Below, piece by piece: positions 1 through 13,119 of a stretch of 64,000 nt of DNA. The notes beneath the pieces are model-generated. The model searched no databases, had not been told where the DNA came from, and saw only the letters and a program-made list of their open reading frames with translations. This stretch comes from Lingula anatina. Its lineage: Eukaryota > Animalia > Brachiopoda. Numbering within the stretch: position 1 is the first letter of the stretch; every line of letters begins with the position of its first letter. A program made the position numbers and the translations under genes. Location of the stretch: positions 7,998,001-8,062,000 of the forward strand of contig CM120649.1 of assembly GCA_051362555.1 (NCBI GenBank). The letters run 5' to 3'.

Positions 1-1157
1 CTTATCATACGTGTACATCATAAGTGGATCCAATTTTCTTCACACTGTAGTTGTATCGGCATGGAACATGATTTACCTCAGCAGACCTCGTTATAATCAT
101 TTTAAACCCGGAGAGTCTCCTACAGCGTTCCACTTTGCATCACTTCCATTCGTAGGCAACTGTGGGCTTAACACGGTGGACTAGCGTAGGGAGTGTAACG
201 ACAATTTTATGATGTCGCATAAGTCGCAGCACAATGGAAACTTAATATGATGATATAGTCGCTAATTTTGTGTCCACCCCTGCAACAACTGATTTAAATG
301 TATATTTAGAAAAGTAAATTATTAAATAAAGCGAATAAATTTTATCAGAAATAAACAAACTTCAAAGTAACTAAATCAAAGACATCATTGTGCAGGTACG
401 TGCAATGCTTCCATTCATTCTATGAACGTTTTCTGTCTCTTTAAACCAAGGAGTCTGTTATAACTCCTTGTTTAAACTAAGTACAATTACATTACCAATG
501 ACGAAGCTCTACGACAAAACTGCAAAACCCGAGCTTCATGACAACATATGACTATAATGAAATCAGTAACTTGATTTCACATCAAAGATAGAACCCCTCT
601 TTTCGCTCCAGATATTTTATATTGCAGGGTTATCCGAATGCCTCAGGCGCAGTGATCGCATCTTTCAAGGGAATGCTTGTAATGACAATGGAATATGTGC
701 ACGATTTAGAGATTATTGTAATAACTTTAGATCTCCAAGGGGAGTCTCTCTTAATTGCAAATAACTTAAGCAGCTTAGATTTGACGGCTACTGAAGCTGA
801 AGGGGTAATTAACTGTCGTTTAGCAGCTTTAGCAGGTTTGCCAGACATCTAGGCCATGTAAGCTGAAAGAAAGTTAGCGAGTAACCCCGTGGAGATGGAC
901 CGATCCTGTTAGATCGATCTAGGGATGAGAACCCAGTCTTAAGCCTAGATTACATTTTCTACTCGCGCTGCATGTCATATTGGTCACGTGATCATAAGGC
1001 CACTGATTCCTGCTTTACTTTATATGGGTAGAAATTTCTGTGAAATGTTAACGTGGCCACTTGACAATGTTGACAGTTCATACTCGACGGGTTGCTAAAC
1101 GGTCTTTAGCGTCTCTTTTACCTAATAAGGGCATAGCTTTCTATACAATTTTAACTT

Positions 1158-1190
1158 TGTCACGTGACAGGGTAGATCGCTACTATAAAA
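1158..1190 (+). promoter_or_regulatory. Putative core promoter of the lectin gene: palindromic E-box TGTCACGTGACA plus TATAAAA
   Basis: TGTCACGTGACA at 1158-1169 (a second GTCACGTGA at 983-991). TATAAAA at 1184-1190, about 45 nt before the ATG at 1233. Confidence 0.55.
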
Positions 1191-1232
1191 ACGCCGCCGC
1201 CAGCAACACGCCGTGCTGACGTGTCTCACTTT

Positions 1233-4200
1233 ATGAAGATGTCTGTGCTACCGATGTGTCTCTTGATCACGGTTTTAGCTCTATTGGGCACTTTCGTCCA
1301 GTCAACAGATGGCCTTGGAGTCCTTTCCCTAAGAGACGGCACTAGCGATGTACGCTCAAAGGTAGATGCCATTAGGACCAAGACTTCAGAACTGAACAAT
1401 CTCCTTTTTTCTGTGCGAAATAGTCTTGATACCTGCCTTGGTGCAACGACAACAGGTGAGTTACTCTAATCTGACAACATATTGTTCAGAAATTTACATT
1501 GTATTCCATCACTTTTTAGGGTTGTTAGCATTTTATAAATATATTTTAGATTTTGCGTATTTTTAAAAGGACAGAGCCAAGACCAAGAACGGAACGAGCT
1601 GCTATCGACAAAAAGCGAGTTGCATTAATTTTTATACCTGTTTAATATGAACATATATTTCAACAGTTTATAGTTCACATAACTGGAACTCACGAAGGAG
1701 ATCTCGGGATGCGCAGCAAAGTATTTTAATCGAAAAAAAAACAGCCAAACTTATCAACTGTCGTTTTTAGACAAAGACCAGGATTTTTTTGTGCGAAATT
1801 TTCCCATTCAAGGGAATACTGATTTTCCGATGTTAGTCGCCAAGAACATTATTTTCATTTTTTTCTTTCTCTCAAGAAGATCGATTTCTAAATATAAACC
1901 ACAGTACCAGATCAATTTCTCGGTATTTTGGTTTTCCCATTGCGATCTTTAATCACGAGGTAATATATCAGGTATGTAAATACTTTCAGCATGATAATGA
2001 TAAGTTTCTTTAAAATCATATGAGCCGATAGGTTGATGTTGCAAGGTTGCTAGTTTTGATTCTACGGTACCAGGGTATCGATATAATACAATATAAACCA
2101 GGAAATATAATTAAGAACATATAGAATTAGATTTTGTAAGAGTGCACTGCGCAGTTGGTATCCTAGGGTGCCACATAGGAGAAGTGTATTTAACAACAAA
2201 GCGAATTAACCTTTTGCAAACCTGTGCAAGATCTGATGAGGAATGTAAGACACGCTGAAGTTGGCGCAGAAAATACAACGGAACGCATGCCATTTTATAG
2301 ATGTATTCAACATGTTCAGACCATATAAGTTGTTTGGGAATGAAAACACCCAAACGTTTGAAAATAGAAACACCACTGACACAAGTCTCTCTAATATCAA
2401 CTGATTGAACTTTCGGTGCAGATTATGTAAAATTTATGGTCATAAATTTTGTTGTTGTGGCATTGAGTCTCATATTATTTCATTCTGTAAATCGATGACT
2501 CCTTTTTATGTACAGACACAGACGTGTCTGTACATATAGCCATCACCTGCGTCTGTCGTCGCCGTCGCCGTCGTTGCCGTCGTTGCCGTCGTCGCTGTCG
2601 TTGCCGTCGTCGCCGTCGCCGTGCACTTTTACCGATAACACGATAAGTGGAAAACCGTTTTGTCTTTTTGCTTGAAACTTTCAGAACTGATGAATATTCA
2701 TAATACGCAGGTCAAGTTAGAAAATCAGCATGATCGGGCCATTTATATGGAAGTTATGCTGTTTTTTCACTTTTTTCAGCATTTATGCAACACCGATAAC
2801 ACGATAAATGGAAAACCATTTTACCTTTTGGCTTGAAACTTACAGAAGTGATGAATATTCATAATACGCAGGTCAAGTTTGAAAATCAGCATGATCAGGC
2901 CATTTTTAGGGAAGTTGTGCTTTTTTTTCCACTTTTTTCAGCATATATGTAACACCTATAACACATTTTAAGGAAAATCGATTGGCCAATTGTCTTGAAA
3001 TTCACAGTAGTGATCAGTGTTACTGAAATACAGATAAAGTTATGAAAATAAGCTTGATCAGTTAAAGATTGGTGAAGTTATGCCTTTTTTTGTATATAAG
3101 TGTTTTTTCCTCAATTTTAATTCTCAGGCTATTAACAGTCTCATTTTTGAACTAATTAGATATGTTAAGTTGTTCTTTTGACATTTTCTGCATCTTTACA
3201 ACGTTGTTAGTTGATTATATAAAAATGATGGTTAACCTGATATTGTGTATTGTGTAATAATTGTCAAAAATGGAAAAAAAACTCATATCTTTACAGTTTG
3301 TCAGATTCCACCATTCAATATGTTCAGAATCTCAGAATGGAGCAAGTTGGACATTTAACACTGTTCTATTGATATTTTTGCTTTGACAACATATTTTTTA
3401 ATTGATCATATAAAAATGACAGTAAATTGATTATTTTGTTTTATGTAAAAAAGGTGTTGAAAATGGAAATAAACTCAATACTGTTTTCTCTTGTTTACAT
3501 TTTGGGATTTTCAAAGTATGACTGAAATCTATGGGCTAGGCACATTTTCTGAATATCCATGATACTTTTATATTATTATTAAAAAAATTATGGTTATTAT
3601 GCTGTTAAACACTGTGTAATATTGCATCAAAATTGAACAAAACCCTATTCTGGGCACTGCCTCCGTAGTGGCGGTGAAAGGAAAACCATGTCACCTGCTC
3701 TTCTCACACTTACAGGAAAGAAACATAGGACTGAATTACAGCTTCAGTTGAAAAATTGTCTCATTAGTTAATTGTTTGGAAGTAATACAGTTTTTTTTTG
3801 TGAAAATTTTTATCTTTCACATGTTGCAATTTTCAATGTGGGACTTAGAGCTCCCTTGGGCATGAAGCCCAGTGGTAATCAATTTTTCTTAATGTCCATG
3901 TTTTTAATAGTAGATATTTTAAAATTGGTGGTATTTATACAGTTAATCATTATGTAATGTTGCATCAAAATTGACAAAAAACCTACTTTGTGCTCTGCCA
4001 CCATTAATATTATGTAAAGTAAAGTGTTACTTTCTATTTTTTTAACTATTCTTACAAGAATGATTCTTAGGATTGACATACAGCTCATATTAGAAAACCA
4101 GCTCTATTGGATTATCATTTTTATTAAATTTATGCATTTTTTGTGAAATTTTTATTTTTCTCATTCTGGCACTTTCTAATTGTAAACTTGAACTCTGATG

Positions 4201-7200
4201 GGCCTGAAGCCTTATGCTTTTACTTTCATCAGTGTTACCTGTTGTGCATAATTAAAATTTGATGTTGACTGTGCACTTAAACATAATGTATTATTGCATC
4301 AGAATTGGCAGTCTCCTGTTTTTGTACATTATTGCTTTCTGCTTTTCTTAAGGTGTGACTTATGGGCCTGAAGACCTTTGATAGACAAATTTGTGTGGTC
4401 AGTCTGTAAATTCCCCTTGGGTATTCAGTGCTATAAATTCATTTGCCTGATTAAGTGTCCATTAAATGAGATTTCATAAAGCACATTTGTTGATGTTTCC
4501 CTGTAAACTCCCAAAGGTTAAGCTCTCTGCTAGATAACATAGTGTCCATGATAAGGAAGCAGTGAATAGCAGCTTCATTGGAATTATATTTTTGTTGTTT
4601 TCTTTTTAATTATTTCTCCAACACTGGCATTTTTAAGATGTCACGACTTTTAACTCCCATCCACCTGAGGCTCTGCACATTTTCAGTATTTCCACATAAG
4701 CAGTTGTATAGGTATTTATGTCTTTAAACACTATGTAATATTATTTTATGCACTGTCATCATTTTTCATATATTGGGACTTTCATCATGTAAATTTTAAC
4801 TCTCATGGTCCTGAAACTGTAATCTTATTGAAGGGGTGGATTGAGACCATCTTCTGGGTCTACTGGAAGACAGTCAGATTTTAAAGTTTATATTAATGGG
4901 TTTCTGTTGGAAGACCATCGAAATGGAGGATGGATCAACAAAGATACTTTGGAATACTGTCAGAAAATATCTCTGTATCCGCTCCTGTTATTGACCATGT
5001 TACCTGTTGTGCATGATTAAAAATCAGTGTTGACTGACTGTGCTATTATAAGCATTATTTATTATGCATCAAAATTGACAAAATGACCTATTTTGCATCT
5101 TTTTTTTCTGTTTTTTGTCTGTACATTTGACATTTTTGCTGCCTTGTTAATACTAGTTTCAGTATATTGAGTACTTGTAAATGAAGACCTAACAATCACA
5201 GATTTTGATTCAGATAGTACAGTTTTGAAGAAAGTGATATCATTTTTCATGAAAACTTGGCGATTTGTTTGTTTCTCTTTCTGAAAACAATTCAAGTTCG
5301 AACCGATGTGAATTGAACTTCGTAGAGCTTTTGATAAAATTGGTGTTCAGCACAGCAAAGTTTACTGCTCTGATTTAAACTTTAGCGCATTTTTTAATTT
5401 TGTTCCTATAAGAACATCATCTTTTTTTCAGCCAAGTAAAGCATACAACTTCCTTTTCTTCATGTAATAAAACATTCATCAAAATAGTTAAGTATTCCAC
5501 CACAAATTCAACCACTTTTTTGGTAACACCCACTTACTTTTATACCTCTTTCATTAACACCTTATACAAAGTGGAGCACAGCATATAATTTATTTTGTAA
5601 TGTCAGTTTGTTTCTCAAATTATTGACAAATAAGCCCTTACATTTCTATTTAAGGATATTGTAACTCTTTATTATCATTCAGATACCGAAAATGAGGTTT
5701 TGTTTGCATCTGACTATTCAGTAATGCATCTATCTTTGTGCAGATTGGAAACAATATGAAAAAGTACGAAAATCTAAAATATCTGCGTTTTTATTTCTCG
5801 CTGCAATGTATGAGCATAGGCAACTCAAAGCTTTCATCTTCATTTTTACTCTTTTCTATTTTGAGGTGAGATAGCAATCGGTATGGGGCGTAACTTTATC
5901 CCTGAACAAGATTTTATCACGAAAATTGACAGAGTTTACCATTAGTGTATGAGCTACCATTTCGTTCCGTCGTTTTGGTTTAAATGATCTTGTTATGGAG
6001 TTATGAGCACCTAACTTCATATTTTCATTAAACAAAGACATTATTTTGCTTTGTCAAGGATAACATCTGAAGTAAGACTTATAAGGAAAATCGCTGGCAG
6101 GGTTTTGGAGAACTTAATAGTGTCATTAAATCGGCGCTAAAGCTGTGATCGTGGGTGCTCAGGTAAAGGAGAAATTTGATTTTTTTTATTTTTACCCACT
6201 TATGGCATCACCTGTAAGATAACATATGTTTAAATGTTAATTAGTTAAGCCATTGAACACTGAAGATTCATCTATTATCCCAAAGAATGTATGTAAGGCT
6301 GTAAATAAGAAGTTTTGGGCGAAAAGCGACAAAACCCTTAACGTAAGTAGCTGATAAACCATTTAAACAATAGAGAACTACAGAAATAAGATATTTTCTA
6401 ATATTGTACACGTGTTGTTTGCATGCATCTCTTACAGACAAGACATGTGACACAGTGTTTTACCTGCAACAGTACGGCCCACAGAATACATGTTACATGT
6501 CTTACGATTATTCTCTCTAATTTTTAACAGAGATCCAGTGCGCATCTGGCCTTGTGAAGTTCAAACGCTCTTGTTACAAGTTTGTGAGAGAGGAGAAGAC
6601 GTGGCAACAGGCACAGCATGACTGTCGTACCATGGGGGCGAACCTGGTGTCCATTAAGTCTTGGGAAGAGCAGAAGTTTATCCTGGACCACATAACCGCA
6701 CACAAAGGTGACAGACGCTACCTTAACATTATCTGTTTATTGCATTTGATATACAGATACTGGTGCCAATTAATTTGGTTCTGAATCAATTATGCCTACG
6801 TTTATGGCATGTACATGTACAATCTTTCCCACTGTCTCTATTCTTTACTGGTATTTTTTCGTTTTTGTAAAATTGGGATTCCCTATTCAATGCACGGAAT
6901 AAGGCTAGTGTGCGTTATCTATTGTAGACCTGTTCCCTAGTGCTCAGGGGTTTCACGCTGGAGCAACAGACGCGGCAATGGAAGGGATTTGGCAATGGGT
7001 TTCTGACGGATCTTTGGTCCAAGGTGAGATATGGCGTTTCAGTGATTTCAATGGCTGTTACTCAGTTTTATATGCGCTGTATTTGTGTTGCCGATTATTT
7101 TCTCAGTTTGCTGCATTAATGATTTTATCGTTGCTGTTGTTGCATTATTTTCGGCAGATCAACATTTTAGAGGCACTGGTCCATGTGATGTTGTGTAGCC

Positions 7201-7514
7201 TCCCTCCTCCGGGAAAATAATACATGTATGCAACGATAATCTGATGGTTATATTCCCAGTAGATGTACTTCATAATTCAGTTTGGGATGGTTGTGTATCA
7301 CTATTAGTTAGGACTAGTTTGCGTGGAACTGTACTTGACTCTACAAGACTACTTGAACCTTTCAGGATATTTAGGCTGGGACTTCTTTAGTCGTTGGCAT
7401 CAGGACGGAGGCAGAGGCTCGAACTGTCTGATACTGTATGCTCAACGCAAATATCTGTGGCATGACGAACCCTGCAGTAATAAGGCACATGCTATTTGTG
7501 AAATGGAAAATTGA
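1233..7514 (+). CDS. Secreted C-type lectin domain protein (perlucin-like) with an N-terminal coiled-coil-like neck
   Basis: Exons 1233-1455, 6531-6707, 6928-7023 and 7366-7514, all GT-AG and phase 1. Signal peptide MKMSVLPMCLLITVLALLGTFVQSTDG. CTLD motifs CASGLVKFKRSCYKF, WQQAQHDC, ANLVSI, EGIWQW, NCLIL, WHDEPC, AICE. AATAAA at 7697. Confidence 0.9.
2111..2486 (-). mobile_element. Degenerate non-LTR retrotransposon (L2/CR1-group) RT C-terminal fragment
   Basis: Translation gives NNMRLNATTTKFMTINF ... GVFIPKQLIWSEHVEYIYKMACVPLYFLRQLQR...LIRFVVKYTSPMWHP, matching the typical post-RT LINE pattern (LGV..L.W..HV...KA..LYFLR). Frameshifted. Confidence 0.7.
2503..5159 (+). mobile_element. Helentron/HINE-like non-autonomous element in lectin intron 1
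   Basis: Starts in a T-run with palindrome TGTACAGACAC..GTGTCTGTACA, then a (GTC/GCC)n microsatellite (2550-2620) and ~160-bp internal tandem repeats (2630-3100). 3' sub-TIR GTCTGTACA at 5117 and CTAGTTT end at 5153-5159. Confidence 0.6.
4831..4986. mobile_element. Short MITE family (CAGGGGCGGAT-type TIR); other copies at 46926-47077 and 55579-55732
   Basis: Shared core TGGAGG.TGGATCAACAAAGATA.TTTGGAATACTGTCAGAAAATATCTC at ~4925 and ~55670, and reverse-complemented at ~46930. Confidence 0.6.
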
Positions 7515-8276
7515 GCACCTTGGTATGATTGCAGGCTGTGTGGAGAATCTACTAGCTTTAAAAAAATTGTACAAGCATGACGATACCTGCAGCCCTCCTA
7601 AGGCATACTCTATTTGTGAAATTGAAAATTAGGCACCATATAAGAACTAGTTTACTAGAGAAAATTCTACTCAATCTGTCAAGTGTTTCTATTCACAATA
7701 AATCATTTTGGATTGAATGAATAGTAGAATGTCATTTGTTTTCACAAAACAAATCCTCGCGTTACCTTTTATTCAAATTTCTCGAGAAATCAGCCCGCCG
7801 TGTCCACTTTTATACAGCAATCATTTGTACTACAATTTCGTCAACATCCTTTCACCGTGTGGCACATTGTGAACAGATGATTGCAATAGAGTCATCCCAT
7901 ATAGCCAAAACCTTCGCAACTTAACGTTAAAACTAGCGAGAATCCGAGAGATATGAGGGAGAGTGGGTTCTGACATATTGACAGACTATCAAGTGCTGTG
8001 CGGCAACGAACAAAAGTGACAGAATTTATCCTCAGATACCGAGAGGCGTCTTTTCATTTTTGGGACTTTTTCCGAAAGGCAGGTGTGGATGAGATCCCAA
8101 AAAGAACAGAAATAAAACCAGAAGATGTATGTTTAAAGTACTAAAACTGCAAATGATATCTTGAGCTTTTGAATCTGCCGTGACAACTACAGTGTACTTG
8201 AATTTTAATCACAAACGTAGTTTCCGATGAAACTTTTTTAAAAATTATCTCAGGGCTTTTCTTGTCTGTTTATATA

Positions 8277-8317
<41 letters not shown>

Positions 8318-8620
8318 TCATTTGTGATGTGACATGCTCTTTCTTTAATTTTATTTTCAACAGTTTGCTGTATTTTTCAAACGTTCAACATTTTAGCCTA
8401 ACTTAAATTATCGTAGCCAGCTATTCAGATAAGATCTCAGAATTTGAGCTTCATCACGACGCAGACTGATTGAATCAGTAGCTCGTTTTCGTGCTTAAAG
8501 GTAGACTCTCTCCTGAATGATGCTACCCATTGATTTCACACCTAATACTGGAATCCTTTAATGCGTGTGAGCTCCCGCGAAAAGTTTACATCGTTGTAAA
8601 AATCAATAAATCAATAAACA

Positions 8621-11600
8621 TCACATATAGAGTGACTTTCTTGATCTTCTCTTCTTCATGCAGATCTTGATATTCCGTCTCATTGTCTTAAGCTGTCTGC
8701 CAATGGTGGCCAAGTCTAGCATTACTACTAGGCAGACGATAGCGACGATCAACAAAATGGCAAAACTCCCAAATATTTCAGCTCTAGGTGCTTCTCTCGG
8801 CGGTTCTCCTCGTTGCTTGGAAGACAACGGCATTTCCAGCCGAGCAGCTAGAAATAAAAAGTAACAATTAAACAGTGAGTCTGACAGTTACAGGCAGAAT
8901 GCGCGTAGGTTTCTCCTGTATCGGATTTGACCTTAACTTTAAGGATTTTATTAGTTGATTTATATTTCTTTCTCTATACAGCAGGTAAACGGATTCATCT
9001 TAGGGTGTCCAACACGTCAGTAGTCTTTATCTTGTCTCAAACAAAAAATACATGTACTGATAAAGCTTATCTGGTGTCTTAATGGACGCATTCCCAGCAC
9101 ACTTGTGACGGTTTAAATCAGCCCAGCCCGCCGTGCATACACTATTTTTCAATCTTAACAGCTACTCTCACGGGAAGCCCCTTGCCTGGCTGACAGTAAT
9201 GGTGGGGGGTGGGGTGGGGTAACAGAGGGCAGTGGTGGGGCTGAGCTAATAGAGGCCCCTCCCCCCTTATGAATACGTCCCAAATGTTCACCCGAGCAAA
9301 AAGGCGGTAAAATCGCCAAATTTCGTCAAAATTGTTGGAACAAATTTCACTTCGAGATAAAAGCAGCCTGTGGGCCAATGAATATTTGGTTTGTCCTGAG
9401 ACATCCAAACTCACAACTGCATCCGATTAGATCCGGTACCCAGAATCCGGTGGGGGAACACTTGGAGCTTCTCGTGGTCCCTCCATCCGGGAACACGGTC
9501 CCGTTGGTGCACGAGTACTCTATCCAGCTGTTATATGTGGTGCTCTCCCCGTTATCCATCCGGATATTATCCACGTTATACAGCAGGCACTCAACGACTG
9601 AAAATAGGTAAAATATCTATATTATGTACCAAATAAATTAAATGACAAAAAGATAAGATTCTATTCATAAGATAATGAGTGTTCATAATATAATTTATTT
9701 TTTTATGGCCCAGGAACGATTATTTGGACTTTAGATATGCAAATGTATACATCACAGTGACAGTGAAAATACTTTATTAATGAAAAAAAGGCTTAATTAC
9801 ATGCGCCTGTTCCAATAATGTCATTTCTGTATCTTAAGTTTTAACAGGTAAAATCACTGTAATCTTTAAACAGAAACAAATGAAAAGCAAAAAACCATAC
9901 AATGTGCCCCTTAAAACTATACGGCTCTTAAAAGGAAACATTACTTTTGCAACTCGAAATTGAGATATAGCTCCATGTTCCATTACTCAGGCACACGATC
10001 TCGAGAGTTTCACCGCCACTTGTGGTGTAGCCCGTATTGCACATGTAAGTGACCACCGACCCCACTGCCGTTATGTTTGCCGGCATCCCTGAAGCATTGT
10101 CAACGCTCGGCGCGCCAGGACAGTCTGTGACGTCAGGACAGCCTGTGACGTCACCCACTGATGACGTACCGGGGATACAATCGGTTCCAGTGTCGAGAAA
10201 ACTTGACGATATTAACGCGTTGCTTGAGTCTAGGCTGATTTTTTCTGTTCCAAATATGGCTGGCAGAGTTTGTTTTTCTGAAGTCAAGTATTCGGTTGGC
10301 AATAGCGAAGAGGAGTCCTTAACTGTTGAATGTTTAGGAGAGGACCCTTCTCCCGACGTGCCGGACGCCGAGGACGCCGAGGCCGCCAGACCAGCAGTGA
10401 ACGTTTTCCCTGATGACCATCTTGTTGCCGTGGAAACAGTCGTGACCACCGATGACGTAATTTGCCCCACAGGAATCGACAGAAGAGATGTTTCTGTTGC
10501 TTTCTTTTTACCAGGGCCAGAAGACGTCAAAATAGGGTTCGTGGAAGAGGAGACACTATTTTCACCAGAAATAGAAGACGTCAAAGTAGGGTCTGTGGAA
10601 ATTCCGTCACCTTTTTCACCAGAGACTGAAGACATCAAAGTAGGGCCTGTAGAAGGGACGCCACTTTTTGCACCAAATATAGAAGACGTCAAAGTAGAGC
10701 CTGTGGAAGGGACGTCACTATTTTCACAGCTGACCACTACTTCAGAGTGCGCTGAACCACTGTATACAACTTGTACAGGACTATCTGTTGTCGCAATAAC
10801 TACTTTTGACGGTGTCATGACAATTAAGTCGCTGCTAGACAGGACCTCTGAAGATGTAACACCGACAGGCACTGGTAAAACGCTCAAAGACTTGTACTGG
10901 CTTAAGGAAGCGGATTCTGTGCTTTGTAGGGTGGATTTCGGCGAGGACCACGTGGTTTCTGGCGAGGACCACGTGGTTTCTGGCGAAGACCACGTGGTTT
11001 CTGGCGAGGACAAGGACGGATACTGACTTGGCGAGGTGGTCCCGTAGCTGGTTGTGGACGTGGAGGTAGAGGAATAAATATGTCCTGCTGTGAAAGATAA
11101 ATCACAAAAATCAATAAATAAAATCCACGTGCAAATACACAAATCGATTCTAAAACTGAATTCGGAATTGAGAAAAAAGGAAATACTCGGTGTTTGAAAA
11201 TGTTTATTGAGAGAGAAATAGACAGATGTATGTTTAGGCTATTCAGGTTCAGCACAAGTAAGCTCCCCTATTAACCATTAAGCCAAAACAACATACAATT
11301 GTGTACCAGAATATGCGATTATGGATATGTATTGGCGGTGGAGGTGTGCTTACAATCCTCCACTATAGGGCCACAGATTGATAAATTCTTTACCAGATAT
11401 TTGCAAATATGTCTTTGGCTAATACATGCCATTTTTCTCAACTGTAAGTGGTCAAAGAGAATTTGTGCATGGAAATAACTTCATCACTCTGGCCTCTAGT
11501 ATAGAGTATGTGCTTACCAATTCTGTACTCAAACATAAATCCTCTCCCATTGACATTTATGTCCGTGTGAAAGATAATCCACAGTGTCTTCGCCTTTGCA

Positions 11601-13088
11601 ACGTCAGGGGCGCTAGTGCCGCATGTCCTCTCCAAGACAGGACCATCCACAGCGTTTTCTCTGATCTAAAACATTGTTTCAGAACATGATAAATATCAAG
11701 CGAACAAGTAAACCATGTACAGTTAGACACCCCGTAAATAAGACAGAAGTTTGTGTGGTTTAAGAGTAATCAAAATGCTATTTCATGTCATTGCTCTAAC
11801 TGAAATATTTTTTTATAAAAACAAAACACAAGGTTTTTTTGTGATAGTTTTTCTCGACAATGCAGGACAAATATACCATGCATAATGTTTCCTTTTGCCT
11901 ATCATGATTTTTCTGCGAAAAAGAGACCCCACAGATAAACACAAGGCCATGTATATCATCTTACCCTTTATTGTCACTATTGTATCTTTGGTTGAAAACC
12001 CACCTCAACGTAGTCGTAATTGCAAGCAGAATGATACTCCAGGTAAAAATCCAAGAACTCCACCTCCACCTCCTCGCTTCCACTGGCATAGAACTGGAAA
12101 ACGCACAGCTCGTTGTCCTCATAGTTTGACGGATAGTTTCGTGACTTAATGATACCATGACCAGCGTGGTAAGTCCCCCCGCAAGCTTAAATACAAAAAT
12201 CTAATGATAAATAAATAAATAAATAAATAAATAAAACCAAAATAGCGGGGCATTAACTGATTATTGACTTTTAAATTGTCCATATTTTTGTTGGGTGTTT
12301 GATGTGCGCTTTTGCAAACACGTGATGTTTGGACCACGTGATTACCTCCTTTTATAGACCACGTGTTTAGAATGTTGTTGAATCGTTATAAGGTACATCA
12401 CGGGAAATAATCGCATTTAATAAAAGTTTATTCATATGTCACCGGTTATGCAAGTCAAAAATCTTGAAAATCAGGTGTTAATGCTTTCGTTTCACGAAGG
12501 ACGAAGAATAAATAGCCGCATTCACGTGTCACGAGAGTGAAGTGCTTCAAGGATCACACTTAGTAATAAAAGCGATTCATGCATCTAGGGACATAAAAAG
12601 TGGCTTTCACGGGTAACGAAAAACCCAACATCACATTTTCATCATATGGCTCGAACTAAGTGAATAGTTACAAGCAGCTTAACTACATGTGCAAAGCGAT
12701 TTTTATGTCAAAAGGACGCAGCATTTTATTGGAGACAAGGTCTTATACATGATCTACAAAAACTTTATCCATTGCCAATTACGTTGTCTCTTTTATTCAT
12801 GACCTGTTTTTAATGTAACAACTCACCTTCTTCAGAACGAAGAGTACCTGCGAATCCTTTATAATTGTAATAGCTGTTAGTTTGAAATTTCAACCTGAAC
12901 CCCGTGGAACTTAGAAGAGAAAGCCCGTGTTGGGTTCCACACGCCATGTGGAGAACAGGCAGTCCGTATACAAGGTCGTCTGCCTGATAACGAAGATACG
13001 AAAAAGTATGTTTTAATCAAAAACTGACTAAAACGTTAAAATGATTCGGTATCCACTCTATCAGTGTCAGCACTGGCATGCACACACG

Positions 13089-13119
<31 letters not shown>

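Noticed and set aside
10049-11026. 325-aa + strand ORF
   Set aside because: Antisense shadow of the repetitive Ser/Thr mucin exon. No domain and no splice or promoter support.
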